Assembly: GCA_039589315.1 (NCBI GenBank) | Contig: JBDHHQ010000009.1 | Span: 1 to 64,000 of the forward strand | DNA: 64,000 nt | Direction of reading: 5' to 3' | DNA from: Gemmatimonadota bacterium | GTDB taxonomy: Bacteria > Gemmatimonadota > Gemmatimonadetes > Longimicrobiales > Gaopeijiaceae | Part shown: positions 18,653 through 27,982 of the stretch, piece after piece | Numbering within the stretch: the stretch's first letter is position 1 | How the letters are laid out: each line of letters begins with the position of its first letter | Notes under the pieces: model-generated | Told to the model about the DNA's origin: nothing | Database searches by the model: none | Seen by the model: the letters and a program-made list of their open reading frames with translations, nothing else | Made by a program: the position numbers and the translations under genes

Positions 18653-18854
18653 GGGATCTTGGACAAGGGTTCATCCGGACCGCACGGCCGGCGGACCCGG
18701 AGGGGTCGGCCGGGGCGGTGCGTCCAGGCCGCGTCGTCCCCGCCAAGCCTCGGGGCGCGGACGCCTTCATGCCGGCTCCCCGTGTCCCTGCCACTGGTCT
18801 CACGGTACCCGATGCTCCAATACTGCTCGAAGAGAGCTGGCGGGGAAAGCCCGG

Positions 18855-18885
18855 GCCGTCACACTTCGCCCGGGCCATTCGTTGA
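18855..18885 (+). promoter_or_regulatory. Putative ECF sigma promoter GTCACA-N16-CGTTGA (autoregulatory)
   Basis: gccGTCACActtcgcccgggccattCGTTGA about 95 nt upstream of the ECF sigma; near-identical copy before the serpin. Confidence 0.7.
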
Positions 18886-18980
18886 TTGAAGCAAGCGGCG
18901 ACGCGGTCGTCGGTTGCGGGCTGCCGCGACGCCGAGGTCGGAAGCGACGGGGCGGCCGAAGTCCGTTCGCCCGGGGGTCC

Positions 18981-19484
18981 GTGGATTTCGAAACGCTGTT
19001 CGACGAGGTCTATCCCGCTCTGTTCCGGTATTGCCAAAGGCTGACGGGTGAGCCGGACGTGGCCGACGATGTCGCCCAGGAGGCGTTCGTGCGTCTGGTG
19101 GACCGAAGGATCACCGGAGACCCCCGCGCGCTCAGGGTCTGGCTGTTCAAGGTGGCGACTCACGTGATTCGTGACCGGGTGCGGACGCGGGAGAACCGCC
19201 GTCGGCTCCTGGCCGCGAACCCCGTGGCACCAGGCTCGGGAGACACTCCCGACAGGGAGGCCGAGCGTAACGAGACCATCCAGGCAGTCCGGGCCGCATT
19301 GGACCAACTGGAGCTCCGGGACCGTCAGATGCTGTTGATGCGATACGAGGGATTCTCCTACAAGGAGCTCGCAGAGGTCGTGGGGGTCGCTCACACGTCC
19401 ATGGGCACGCTTCTGGCTCGAGCCCAACGGCGCTTCGCACGCACGTACCAGGAATCGCAAGGTGCACATGACTCATCTCGATGA
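18981..19484 (+). CDS. ECF RNA polymerase sigma factor
   Basis: GTG start; ADDVAQEAFVRL and WLFKVA (region 2); GFSYKELAEVVGV...GTLLARA (region 4). Confidence 0.92.
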   Translation: MDFETLFDEVYPALFRYCQRLTGEPDVADDVAQEAFVRLVDRRITGDPRALRVWLFKVATHVIRDRVRTRENRRRLLAANPVAPGSGDTPDREAERNETIQAVRAALDQLELRDRQMLLMRYEGFSYKELAEVVGVAHTSMGTLLARAQRRFARTYQESQGAHDSSR

Positions 19485-20394
19485 CGGGACGCTTCTGACG
19501 TTTCTCGACGACGAGCTCGGGGCGGGCCGCCACGACGCTCTGGCGTCCCATGTGAATGGCTGTGGCGCATGTGCCGAGCGGCTCCGTGAGCTGGAAGCCG
19601 AGCGGTCCCTGTTGGCGGTGACCCTTCCCGCGTTGGACGTGACTCCGGCGCCGGCGGCGGCAAAGAAGGCCGTTCTGGCCCGCCTTCGCCATGGGGAGTC
19701 CGGGACGGACCAGAGTGTTGCCGACTCGGGCGCCGCGAGCCGGAGAGCGGGACGCGGCGACGGGGAGCCAGTCGCTGCCCCGGGAGCCCAGGACCGGCCC
19801 GGGGCGAGCGAGAGGGTGGCCCAGGTGCCCCGTGTGACGGAGGCGCCGGGGCGCCGCGCGCATGGGTGGGCGCGTCCCGCGCTGGCCAGGGCCGCCGGTC
19901 TGCTTCTGGTGTTTGCGGCCGCCGCTGCCGCCGCCATCCCCGGATCCCCCTTGCGGTCGTGGCTCGTAGAGGTCATCGGGCCGAGCGAGGTCGAGTCTCC
20001 GGCGCCCGAGCCCACAGCCGAACCCACCGAGGACGTGGTGTCGGGCCCGGAAGGTAACCCCCAGGAGGTGGGCATCCAGATGGATCCTGGCGGAGGCGAG
20101 CTCGTGGTCTCGCTGTCGGGCCTCCCGCCGGGGGCAGAGGTCCAGGTTCGACTGGTCGGGGGCATTCGGTCGTGGGTGTACGCCGCCGAAGGCGCACGCT
20201 TTCAGACGCGCCCCGGCGCCGTGGACGCAGAAGTGCCCGGGGAGTACGTGCGGGTCGAGCTTGCCCGGTCGTTGGCGCTGGCGTCTGTCGAGGTAGACGG
20301 GGTCCTCTATCTGCGAAAGACGGGGGATCGCCTGGAGCTCGCTGGACCCCGACGGGACTCGACCGACGCGGAAATCCGCTTCGAGGTGCCCTGA
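19468..20394 (+). CDS. Zinc-binding (ZAS, zf-HC2) membrane anti-sigma factor
   Basis: HVNGCGAC HxxxCxxC motif, one TM segment, extracytoplasmic beta-rich C-terminus; overlaps the sigma gene. Confidence 0.85.
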   Translation: MTHLDDGTLLTFLDDELGAGRHDALASHVNGCGACAERLRELEAERSLLAVTLPALDVTPAPAAAKKAVLARLRHGESGTDQSVADSGAASRRAGRGDGEPVAAPGAQDRPGASERVAQVPRVTEAPGRRAHGWARPALARAAGLLLVFAAAAAAAIPGSPLRSWLVEVIGPSEVESPAPEPTAEPTEDVVSGPEGNPQEVGIQMDPGGGELVVSLSGLPPGAEVQVRLVGGIRSWVYAAEGARFQTRPGAVDAEVPGEYVRVELARSLALASVEVDGVLYLRKTGDRLELAGPRRDSTDAEIRFEVP

Positions 20395-20457
20395 GCGTGG
20401 TCTCACGAACGTCGCGTCGCCGGGTGGTGTATCCCTCGTGGTGATGCAGTACCGCGG

Positions 20458-20473
20458 CGGCACGACTTCTGCA
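20458..20473 (+). promoter_or_regulatory. Putative sigma-54 promoter
   Basis: CGGCACG-ACTT-CTGCA versus consensus TGGCACG-N4-TTGCW; exact GG/GC spacing; intergenic. Confidence 0.55.
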
Positions 20474-20597
20474 CGTACGGCGGAGGCTCGGGGTGCGTTG
20501 GGTGCCGCGCTCCGTAGGAGGCGTTGGGACCGGACGCGCACGACGTCCGGTCCGTCGGTCCCCGGACAGCCGCGAAGATGAGGGAACGAGAGGTCTG

Positions 20598-22916
20598 ATG
20601 TTGGCATCGCCGGTCGTGGCCGCCGTGCTTCTGGCGGCGCTCCCGCAGGTGCAAGACGCACCCGGCGAGGGGCATGCGCGTGTCGGAGAAATCCGGGGCG
20701 TCGTGCACGGATGGTTCGCCGCCCGGTCCACGCCGCTGCCGGCCGCCCTGGTGGAGATCTCCGTGGCCGGACGCCGCCTGGCCGTTGCCGCCGACAGCAC
20801 CGGCGCGTACGTGCTGGGGCCCGTACCGGCGGGCAAGGGCCGGATGCGCGTCGTGCACGCAGGGCACGAGCCACTGGAGCTGGAGGTGTTGGTCCCCGCG
20901 GGCGGAACGCTCGCGCTGGACATCGTTTTGCTCGGTCAGCCCGTGGACCTGGGGGGCGTGACCGTCGTGGCCGACAGAGAGGAGGCCGAACGGGCGGGGG
21001 AGGCCCCGGACCCATCCTCCGGCCTGGCCGAGGTCGACCTCAAGGCCATGTCGAGCGGACCAGGCTTGGCTGAGGCCGGGATCGCCGGCATTGCCCGCGC
21101 CGCGGCCGGCGACGACCCGGGAGATCCCGGCGACGTCCTGTTCATGAGGGGCTCCACCGCGGACCTGAAGCTCGTTCTTCTGGACGGAGCTCCTGTCTAC
21201 GCACCGTTTCACATGGGTGGGCTGCTGCCCACGTTCGACGGGTCTCTCATGGGTGGAGCCCGCCACTACGTGGGCGGGGCGCCCGCCCGGTACGACGGCG
21301 GGTTGTCGTACATCCTGGACCTGAGCACCCGGGCTCCCAGGCGGGACCGCTTCTCGTCCGGCGGGGCCCTGGACCTGTTCAGCGCTCGCGCCTCCGTGGA
21401 AGGGCCGCTGGGCCAGCGAGCCGGGTATCTGGTCGGCGGGCGAGCCCTCCACAGCGCTGGAAGCCAGCTCCTCTCCGGCGGCCCGAGCCCCTACGGCTAC
21501 GGAGACGCCTTGGCGCGCTTCGAGGTGGACCTGGCCGAGGGGCATCGGCTGAGCGCGACGGGCTTCTTCAACCGCGAGGCGGTCTTCCTGGACCTGGCGG
21601 GTGCCGGGCTGGCAGCGGTGGACGGGGCGGCGGAGCCGGAACGCGATGCCACCTGGGGTAACCAGGCGGCGTCCCTCACCTATCGCGGACGACTGGCGGG
21701 GACCTTCACCACGGTGCGGGTGGCGGGCGGGCGGTACGACGCCCGCATGCCCATATCCCGTCGCGCGGGGGACGTGTTCGCTCGGGGCGCCACGGCGCGG
21801 GGCCGCCTGACGGCGGACCTGGTCACGCCGACCGGCTGGGGTGAGCTCCGGTACGGCGTCTCGGCGGATCGCGTGGCAGTAACCTATGACGCGCGGAGCG
21901 TGGGCGTGGGGGGGAACGTGCTGGTGGAGGATGCGGCCAGCGGTGACGTCCTTGGAGGGTACGCCGAGGCCGCGCTGCCCTTGGGCCGCCGGGTGCGCCT
22001 GTGGGCCGGCATGCGCATGGACCGTTTCTCCACGGACGCCAGCATTCGTCCAGCACCCCGACTCAAGCTCGCGTGGATGGTCTCCGACAACGCGGTCCTC
22101 TCGCTGGCGGCCGGCCGATACCACCAACTGGCGCGGGCTTCGGACGAGTCGATCGACGACGCGCTGGTGGGCGTGGTCGGTGGCGGCCCGGAAGATCCCG
22201 TGGGCGGTGCCCCGCTCCTACCGGTGGCGACTGCGACCCATCTGGTCGCCTCCCTGGACCAGATGCTGGTGCCCACCGTCAGGCTCGGGCTCGACGGGTA
22301 CGTGAAGGTCTTCGACGGTGTCTCCGCTCCGGGTCAACGCCTGAACGCGTCTGGAGCCGACCTCAGGGTACAGCACGCGGGCGGGGACATAACCATGTGG
22401 CTGGGCTACTCCCTCGCCTGGCTGTGGGCGGACGACGGCCTGGGGTACACCTCGGAGCGCTTCACCGGCCAGCAGCTTCTCAGCGCCGGGGCCAGCGGTC
22501 TGGCGTGGGACCGGGTCGGTTTGGATCTACGGTTGGGATACGGAGACGGGCTGCCCCTGACCGCCGTGCAGGTCGTGGACGCGGCCAGCGTCGGGTCGGA
22601 GGCGCCCGGCTTCGAGAGCGGATCGGGGGACGACGGAGCCGTGATCGACGGCGGGTCCGTCAGGGATGACGCAGCGCTGTGGCCGGGCGGTGGCCGAGCA
22701 GACCAGTTCCTTCGACTGGACGCGGAGGTGTCGGGCATCTTCGAGACCCGCATCGGCTCCCGACCGATGCTGATCCGCCCGTATCTCCGGGTGGTCAATG
22801 CCCTCGGCCGACGGGATGCCCTCTTCTTCTACTTCGATTCGTGGCGGAGTGACGACGTCCAACCACTGGTCGAATCGGCGGTGCTCCCCATCCTCGGCTT
22901 CGAATGGCGCTTCTGA
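20598..22916 (+). CDS. TonB-dependent receptor-like outer membrane protein with N-terminal carboxypeptidase-regulatory-like domain
   Basis: ADSTGAYVLGPVPAG domain; plug-like MRGSTAD..VLLDGAPVY..GGAPARYDG; terminal GFEWRF. Confidence 0.8.
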   Translation: MLASPVVAAVLLAALPQVQDAPGEGHARVGEIRGVVHGWFAARSTPLPAALVEISVAGRRLAVAADSTGAYVLGPVPAGKGRMRVVHAGHEPLELEVLVPAGGTLALDIVLLGQPVDLGGVTVVADREEAERAGEAPDPSSGLAEVDLKAMSSGPGLAEAGIAGIARAAAGDDPGDPGDVLFMRGSTADLKLVLLDGAPVYAPFHMGGLLPTFDGSLMGGARHYVGGAPARYDGGLSYILDLSTRAPRRDRFSSGGALDLFSARASVEGPLGQRAGYLVGGRALHSAGSQLLSGGPSPYGYGDALARFEVDLAEGHRLSATGFFNREAVFLDLAGAGLAAVDGAAEPERDATWGNQAASLTYRGRLAGTFTTVRVAGGRYDARMPISRRAGDVFARGATARGRLTADLVTPTGWGELRYGVSADRVAVTYDARSVGVGGNVLVEDAASGDVLGGYAEAALPLGRRVRLWAGMRMDRFSTDASIRPAPRLKLAWMVSDNAVLSLAAGRYHQLARASDESIDDALVGVVGGGPEDPVGGAPLLPVATATHLVASLDQMLVPTVRLGLDGYVKVFDGVSAPGQRLNASGADLRVQHAGGDITMWLGYSLAWLWADDGLGYTSERFTGQQLLSAGASGLAWDRVGLDLRLGYGDGLPLTAVQVVDAASVGSEAPGFESGSGDDGAVIDGGSVRDDAALWPGGGRADQFLRLDAEVSGIFETRIGSRPMLIRPYLRVVNALGRRDALFFYFDSWRSDDVQPLVESAVLPILGFEWRF

Positions 22917-22922
22917 GCTCCA

Positions 22923-22953
22923 GCCGTCACACGAGGGGCGGGCCGCTCGTTGA
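22923..22953 (+). promoter_or_regulatory. Putative ECF sigma promoter GTCACA-N16-CGTTGA upstream of the serpin
   Basis: gccGTCACAcgaggggcgggccgctCGTTGA; same elements and spacing as 18855-18885. Confidence 0.7.
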
Positions 22954-23008
22954 AGCAGAGACGCATCAGGGACCCCGAGCTCCTCTCACCGGCATGACCG
23001 GGACCAAG

Positions 23009-24280
23009 ATGTCTCGAACCCCGCATCCTCGAACGCGACTCGGCTCGCTGCTCCTGGCCACGATCCTGGTCTCCGCCTGTGGTGACGGGGGCACGGGTCC
23101 GGACGGCGTCGAGGTGATCACCTTGCCCCGGGCCCTCACCTTGTCCGAGTCCGTTCTTGTGGACGCGAGCGCTGCGTTCGCCTTCGACCTCCTGGGCCGG
23201 CTCGTGGAGGCGGAACCTGGGACGAACATCTTCGTGTCGCCCCTGAGCGCCAGCATGGCCCTCGGGATGACGATGAACGGCACGGCTGGGAGCACGCTGT
23301 CCGGCATGCGGACGGCCATGGGCTTCGGCGACATGCCGCTGGACGAGATCAACGCGTCGTACGAATCCCTGATCACGTTGCTGTCGGAGCTGGACGATCG
23401 CGTCACCTTCGAGCTGGCGAACGCCATCTTCTACCGAGAGGGCTTCGAGGTGGAGGATGACTTCATCCGGGTCACGCGGGAGCACTTCGGGGCTTCCGTC
23501 GAAGCTCTCGACTTCAGCAGTCCGAGCGCGCCGGATCGCATCAACGACTGGGTGTCCGATCGAACGGCGGGGCGGATCACGGAGATGGTCGAGCCGCCCA
23601 TCGATCCGCTCACGATGATGTTCCTCCTGAACGCCATCTACTTCCAGGGCACCTGGACCTGGGAATTCGACCCGGAGCGGACCCATGAGGGGTCCTTCCG
23701 CGCCGGCGACGGGGGCACGGCGCCCGCCCGCTTCATGGAGCAGGTCGTCACGGTGCCCTATGTGGAGAACCAGGATCTCCAGGCGGTGGATCTGCCGTAC
23801 GGCGGTCAGGCCTTCTCCATGACGATCCTGTTACCCCGGGACGGGGGGGAGCTGCTCGACCTCGTCGCCCAGCTCGACCCGACGTCCTGGGACGCCATGT
23901 TGAGTGCCATGGAGCCCGAAGACGGCACAGTTCGCATGCCCCGCTTCCGCCTGGAATACGATGCCCTGCTCAACGATCCGCTCTCTGCCATGGGGATGGC
24001 CGACGCGTTCTCGCCCGACCGGGCCGACTTCACGCCCATGTACGAGGGGGCCCGGGACGCGGGCCTCCACATCAAGGGCGTCAAGCAGAAGACGTTCGTG
24101 GAGGTGGACGAGGAAGGCACGGAGGCAGCGGCCGTGACCTCGGTCGAGGTGGGCGTCACCTGCGCATGCCCCACCGGGTTCTTTCTGGACGCGAATCGGC
24201 CCTTCCTCTTCGCGATTCGCGAGCGGCTCACCGGAACCCTCCTCTTCGCGGGGGTCCTGCACCACCCTCCCCCGGCCTGA
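23009..24280 (+). CDS. Serpin (serine protease inhibitor), lipoprotein
   Basis: Lipobox VSAC; NIFVSPLS, LLNAIYFQGTW, hinge VDEEGTEAAAVT, ANRPFLFAI; alternative ATG at 22994. Confidence 0.95.
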   Translation: MSRTPHPRTRLGSLLLATILVSACGDGGTGPDGVEVITLPRALTLSESVLVDASAAFAFDLLGRLVEAEPGTNIFVSPLSASMALGMTMNGTAGSTLSGMRTAMGFGDMPLDEINASYESLITLLSELDDRVTFELANAIFYREGFEVEDDFIRVTREHFGASVEALDFSSPSAPDRINDWVSDRTAGRITEMVEPPIDPLTMMFLLNAIYFQGTWTWEFDPERTHEGSFRAGDGGTAPARFMEQVVTVPYVENQDLQAVDLPYGGQAFSMTILLPRDGGELLDLVAQLDPTSWDAMLSAMEPEDGTVRMPRFRLEYDALLNDPLSAMGMADAFSPDRADFTPMYEGARDAGLHIKGVKQKTFVEVDEEGTEAAAVTSVEVGVTCACPTGFFLDANRPFLFAIRERLTGTLLFAGVLHHPPPA

Positions 24281-24358
24281 GCCGGTCAGGGCCCATGATG
24301 CTCGGTGGGCGCACGGGGCCTGGAGGGGCTCGGGGGTCCCGCGCCGAGGTTCGGTCTC

Positions 24359-25591
24359 TCAGCGCGCCAGCCGAATCGTCAGGTCCTGGGCCAGGCGGCG
24401 GAAGACCTGCTGCAGCTGCTCACCGGACTCGGCAAAGTACGCCCGTCCGCGGGGCTGGTCCGGATCCACGACCCCGTCCTCGTTGGCGACCCGCTCGAGG
24501 TGGGCCATGTCCGGGGTGAACAGCGGATTCTCCGCTGTCGGATTCCCGAGGCCGACCGAGTAGACGACGACCCCTCGGCTGCGGATCTGGGCCGCCATCA
24601 CCTCGGCGGAGACCCGCGACTGCTCCCGGATCATCGGCTCCGTCCAGCCCAGGCACGGTCGGGTCTGGGGATAGTTCTCGCAGTCGTCGGCGTTACGGGA
24701 GGGCTCGTCCATGGGGATCGTGGGCGGGTTGTCCCAGCGTCCCCGCATCTTGCCGGCGGAGGGCGTGCGGTAGACCGCCATGACCCGGTCCTGGCCGTCG
24801 ATCTGTCCGCGGAAGGCCGTGGGCCGGCCATCCGTGAAGAAGACGACCACCTTGACCGTGTGGTCCCGCACCGCCTCGCTCTGGAGCTGCTCCAGAGCCA
24901 GACGCAGGCCATCTCCCGCGTTCGTGTCGCCCACCGGCTTCATGTCGTCGATGTCGTTCTTGATGGGCGCCTTGAAGCCGTGGGACAGGTGGAAACGGTG
25001 GCCGGCCCGGAGCTGAAACGAGACCAACCCCATCTGGTCGATCCCGTTGTGGAACTGGTCCACGAAGCTCTTGGACGCATCCACGAGGCAGGTCCAGGCC
25101 GTCACGCCCGGTGCGGCGTTCGAGCAGTCCTCCTGACGGAGAGACCCGGATTGATCCAGCACGAGCACGAGGTCGACGGGCTTGACGGCGGCGACGGCCA
25201 CCGACCGCACGCCCACCGACTTGAATCCCAGGACCCGCATGAGCAGGGTGGGCACGGGCCTGCGCGCGAACATGCTCACGGTCTGCTCACCGCGGGCGTT
25301 GGATCCGAACTGGATGCCGTAGGAGATGCCACCCTCACCCAACGTGATTCCATTGGCGGCAGCCACGGCAATCGCCTGCTGCTCGGCCACCGCCCGGCCG
25401 CTCCGGAGCGAACGTGCGGCCGCGAGCACACCCGCGTCCACGGCCCGGGAGAGTTGAGCCTTCCGGATGTATGCCCACCCCGAGTCCAGAGCCAGGCCCG
25501 CCATCCCCAGGAGCACCACAATACCCACAGTGACGAACAGCAGGATGCTGCCTCGCTCGTTCCGTAGTGCCTGCCGAATTCGATCCAACAT
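24359..25591 (-). CDS. TadG-like pilus protein with vWA domain
   Basis: NERG prepilin-like site plus hydrophobic helix, LSRAVDAGVLAAA, MIDAS DQSGS...T...TDG. Confidence 0.85.
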   Translation of the reverse strand: MLDRIRQALRNERGSILLFVTVGIVVLLGMAGLALDSGWAYIRKAQLSRAVDAGVLAAARSLRSGRAVAEQQAIAVAAANGITLGEGGISYGIQFGSNARGEQTVSMFARRPVPTLLMRVLGFKSVGVRSVAVAAVKPVDLVLVLDQSGSLRQEDCSNAAPGVTAWTCLVDASKSFVDQFHNGIDQMGLVSFQLRAGHRFHLSHGFKAPIKNDIDDMKPVGDTNAGDGLRLALEQLQSEAVRDHTVKVVVFFTDGRPTAFRGQIDGQDRVMAVYRTPSAGKMRGRWDNPPTIPMDEPSRNADDCENYPQTRPCLGWTEPMIREQSRVSAEVMAAQIRSRGVVVYSVGLGNPTAENPLFTPDMAHLERVANEDGVVDPDQPRGRAYFAESGEQLQQVFRRLAQDLTIRLAR

Positions 25592-25647
25592 CTCGCCGTC
25601 ACCTCCACCGGAGCACGATTCCCCCGGTACTGTCCGTCGTGGCCCCG

Positions 25648-26307
25648 TCAGAACACCGCTCGACTGTACAGTCCATCCGGCACCGCGCCCTCGACGAATG
25701 CACCGAGGGGCGTAAAGCCGTTGTAATCGTAGAAGAGCTCCACCACATGAAGCTCCTGGCCCTCGACGAGGCCGAGGCCTTCGAAACCGACCGCTGGCTC
25801 ACCCACCACGCCCACCCTGCTCCGCGGCACGAATCCGGGAGTGCCGAGCTGCTCGGTGACCTCTGTCGCGTCTTCGTCGATCAGGACGCGGGACACGACG
25901 ACTCCGCCAAGCTCGCCGAATCCGATCGAGGCGCCGTTGGCAGTGATCACGTCGATCACCTCCTGGAGCTCGGCTCCCCGCGAGGCGATGTTGGCCCCTT
26001 CGCGGCTCAGGCCGGCCAACACGTGCTGCCGGTCGTAGGCGGTGGCGGCCTCCACCATGCCCAGGAAGATCAGGAGGAGAATCGGAGCCAGGAACGCGAA
26101 TTCCACCAGCGACTGGCCTTCGCTGGAGCGGCCCAAGGACCGCAGGCTGCGCCCGACACCCGAGAGCGTCCGGTGGCGCCACCCCGTGGCGGGTCGGCGT
26201 CGCCGGGCCCCAGCGGGCAGGTCACGCCCCCGTGCCGGAGAGGATCCCACGACCAGCCAGCCTCGGGAGCCCCGAGGCGCGGGAGAATCACTGGAAGATC
26301 GGTTCAT
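25648..26307 (-). CDS. TadE/TadF-like pseudopilin (start uncertain)
   Basis: GQSLVEFA followed by a hydrophobic helix, SREGA. Confidence 0.8.
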   Translation of the reverse strand: MNRSSSDSPAPRGSRGWLVVGSSPARGRDLPAGARRRRPATGWRHRTLSGVGRSLRSLGRSSEGQSLVEFAFLAPILLLIFLGMVEAATAYDRQHVLAGLSREGANIASRGAELQEVIDVITANGASIGFGELGGVVVSRVLIDEDATEVTEQLGTPGFVPRSRVGVVGEPAVGFEGLGLVEGQELHVVELFYDYNGFTPLGAFVEGAVPDGLYSRAVF

Positions 26308-26770
26308 TCTTCATTGCCGAAGTGACGGTGAATTCAAGACGCTCCGGGAAGAACCGGCGGATCAGCGGGAGACTGAAGCCGTAGCTGTAGGTGGCGCTCA
26401 GGCGGACGATGTCACCCGGCCCGCCACCGTCCGGGGGCTCGATGCTCAGTCGCTCCAGGTCCACGGGTAGCGCAGGCGCTGCCGACCGTAGGATGCGAGT
26501 GATGGACTCGGCGCGCGTCAGCGTGTCGCCGCTCTCCGGGTCCTCGAGCAGCGACCCCGTCACCGCGAAGCGGGTGGCCTCGAGGACGCTGTGCCGGAGG
26601 GTGAGTCGGGCGTAGTAGTAGTGACTGACCTCGATGATGCCGACGAAGAGAAGCAGGGCCATCGGGACCACGAGAGCGAACTCCACGAGGGCCTGTCCGG
26701 AGGCCGAGCGGCCCAGGCGCGCGCGTCCCGCCAGGCCCCGGCGTCGTGCGGTGCCACCGGATTCGTCCAC
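26288..26770 (-). CDS. TadE-like pseudopilin
   Basis: GQALVEFALVVP, EATRFAVTG; GTG 26770 with GAGAGG RBS (alternative ATG 26842). Confidence 0.82.
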   Translation of the reverse strand: MDESGGTARRRGLAGRARLGRSASGQALVEFALVVPMALLLFVGIIEVSHYYYARLTLRHSVLEATRFAVTGSLLEDPESGDTLTRAESITRILRSAAPALPVDLERLSIEPPDGGGPGDIVRLSATYSYGFSLPLIRRFFPERLEFTVTSAMKNEPIFQ

Positions 26771-27041
26771 GCGACGGTCCTCTCGGGAACCCACGGACCG
26801 GGCGGTTGGGTCGACCGCGGAGCTCCGCTCCAGGGCCTGCATTTCCAACGGCAGTTCGGGCAGGGGCACGCGCTGCGCTCTCCTGGGCTCTCGAGCTCTC
26901 GATGCAGGGCGGACGCCGGCAGTCCATCGCCACCGCCGAGGCCAGCATCGGAGCCGAACGAGCTTGCCGGGCGTACGCCCGTCGATTCGTGAGAGCCTAT
27001 CTAGGAGGTCGCACAACAAAAAAACAACTGTTTCCACGTTT

Positions 27042-27106
27042 GTACCATGCATGGTACGATTGAAACATTTGTTTGCAGAGATAACTGATTCTTAAATAAC
27101 GAGTTA
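27042..27106. promoter_or_regulatory. AT-rich regulatory region with a perfect 16-bp palindrome and a TAACT-N15-AGTTA inverted repeat
   Basis: GTACCATGCATGGTAC at 27042-27057; TAACT 27082-27086 / AGTTA 27102-27106; upstream of the tad trio. Confidence 0.55.
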
Positions 27107-27211
27107 CAGTCTCGTCGACGGGTTGGAACGGGCGGTCCCGACAGACCCGATTGCCGCCGGAGTGCTGCTCGCCCGGGTGGTGGGGGCCGTCTCTCCGGCC
27201 TGGCGCTCGCC

Positions 27212-27248
27212 GAAGAAAGCCCCTGCGCCGCTTCCGGCGCAGGGGCTT
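27212..27248 (-). terminator. Rho-independent terminator after the OMP gene
   Basis: Perfect 14-bp stem AAGCCCCTGCGCCG/CGGCGCAGGGGCTT, 4-nt loop, UUUCUUC tail on the minus strand. Confidence 0.8.
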
Positions 27249-27276
27249 CGTCGGCTCTGTCGCGATGACTGAGGAA

Positions 27277-27942
27277 CTAGCGGAGGACGCCCATGCTGTT
27301 GTGGAGCCCCAACGTGATGCGGATGTTGTGAATCCCGCCGAAATCTCCCCCTCCCGTAGTCGGTACGAAGGGCGAGCCGGTGACGTAGTTGTCCTGAGCC
27401 TCGAGTCGGACCAGGAACGCGCCCTCGTCCCAACCCCAGCCGGTCACGATGTCGAAACCGATCCCCCCGAGCACGGAGAACTCGACCGATTCATCACCGT
27501 CGTACAGTGCCGCGGCGGCTTCGAAGCTCGTGGGCAGACCGTTGCCGAGCCTGTACTGGGTCAGTCCCACGCCCAGACTCAGGTAGGGAATGACGCGGGT
27601 CGTCTCCTTGGGCCTGACGGGGCGGAGCAGCAAGTCGAAGTCGCCGGCGTAGGCATAGATCTCCCTTGTGCCGTTGGTCCAGTCGACTTCCAAGCGCTGA
27701 TAGTGGGCTCCCAGCCGGAACCCCAGGACCCCGCGGGCAACGTACCAGTCGTACTGAAGGTTCCCGACGAAGCCCAGATCCGGCTTGAGGTCCTGCGCCC
27801 CGTCCGGCGCACCGGAGTTGAAGCTGGAATACAACACGGGTCCGGCGTTGAAGCCGATCGTGGAAGAGTGCGTCTGAGCTGCGGCCGGGGCCGTCGCCAC
27901 GGTCAGCAGGGCCAGGATCGCGAGGGCAAAGTGCAGTCGCAT
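27277..27942 (-). CDS. Small outer membrane beta-barrel protein (OmpA-like membrane domain)
   Basis: Signal peptide ending AAAQ; alternating beta-strands, IPYLSLGVG, VRLEAQD. Confidence 0.75.
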   Translation of the reverse strand: MRLHFALAILALLTVATAPAAAQTHSSTIGFNAGPVLYSSFNSGAPDGAQDLKPDLGFVGNLQYDWYVARGVLGFRLGAHYQRLEVDWTNGTREIYAYAGDFDLLLRPVRPKETTRVIPYLSLGVGLTQYRLGNGLPTSFEAAAALYDGDESVEFSVLGGIGFDIVTGWGWDEGAFLVRLEAQDNYVTGSPFVPTTGGGDFGGIHNIRITLGLHNSMGVLR

Positions 27943-27982
27943 GAGCCGTTCCCGAAATCTCGAAGAAGTCATCGGTCCCCCC

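Noticed and set aside
27000..27110. AT-rich patch as a sign of horizontal transfer or an att site
   Set aside because: Only about 100 bp, flanking genes have host-like GC, and no integrase or tRNA is present
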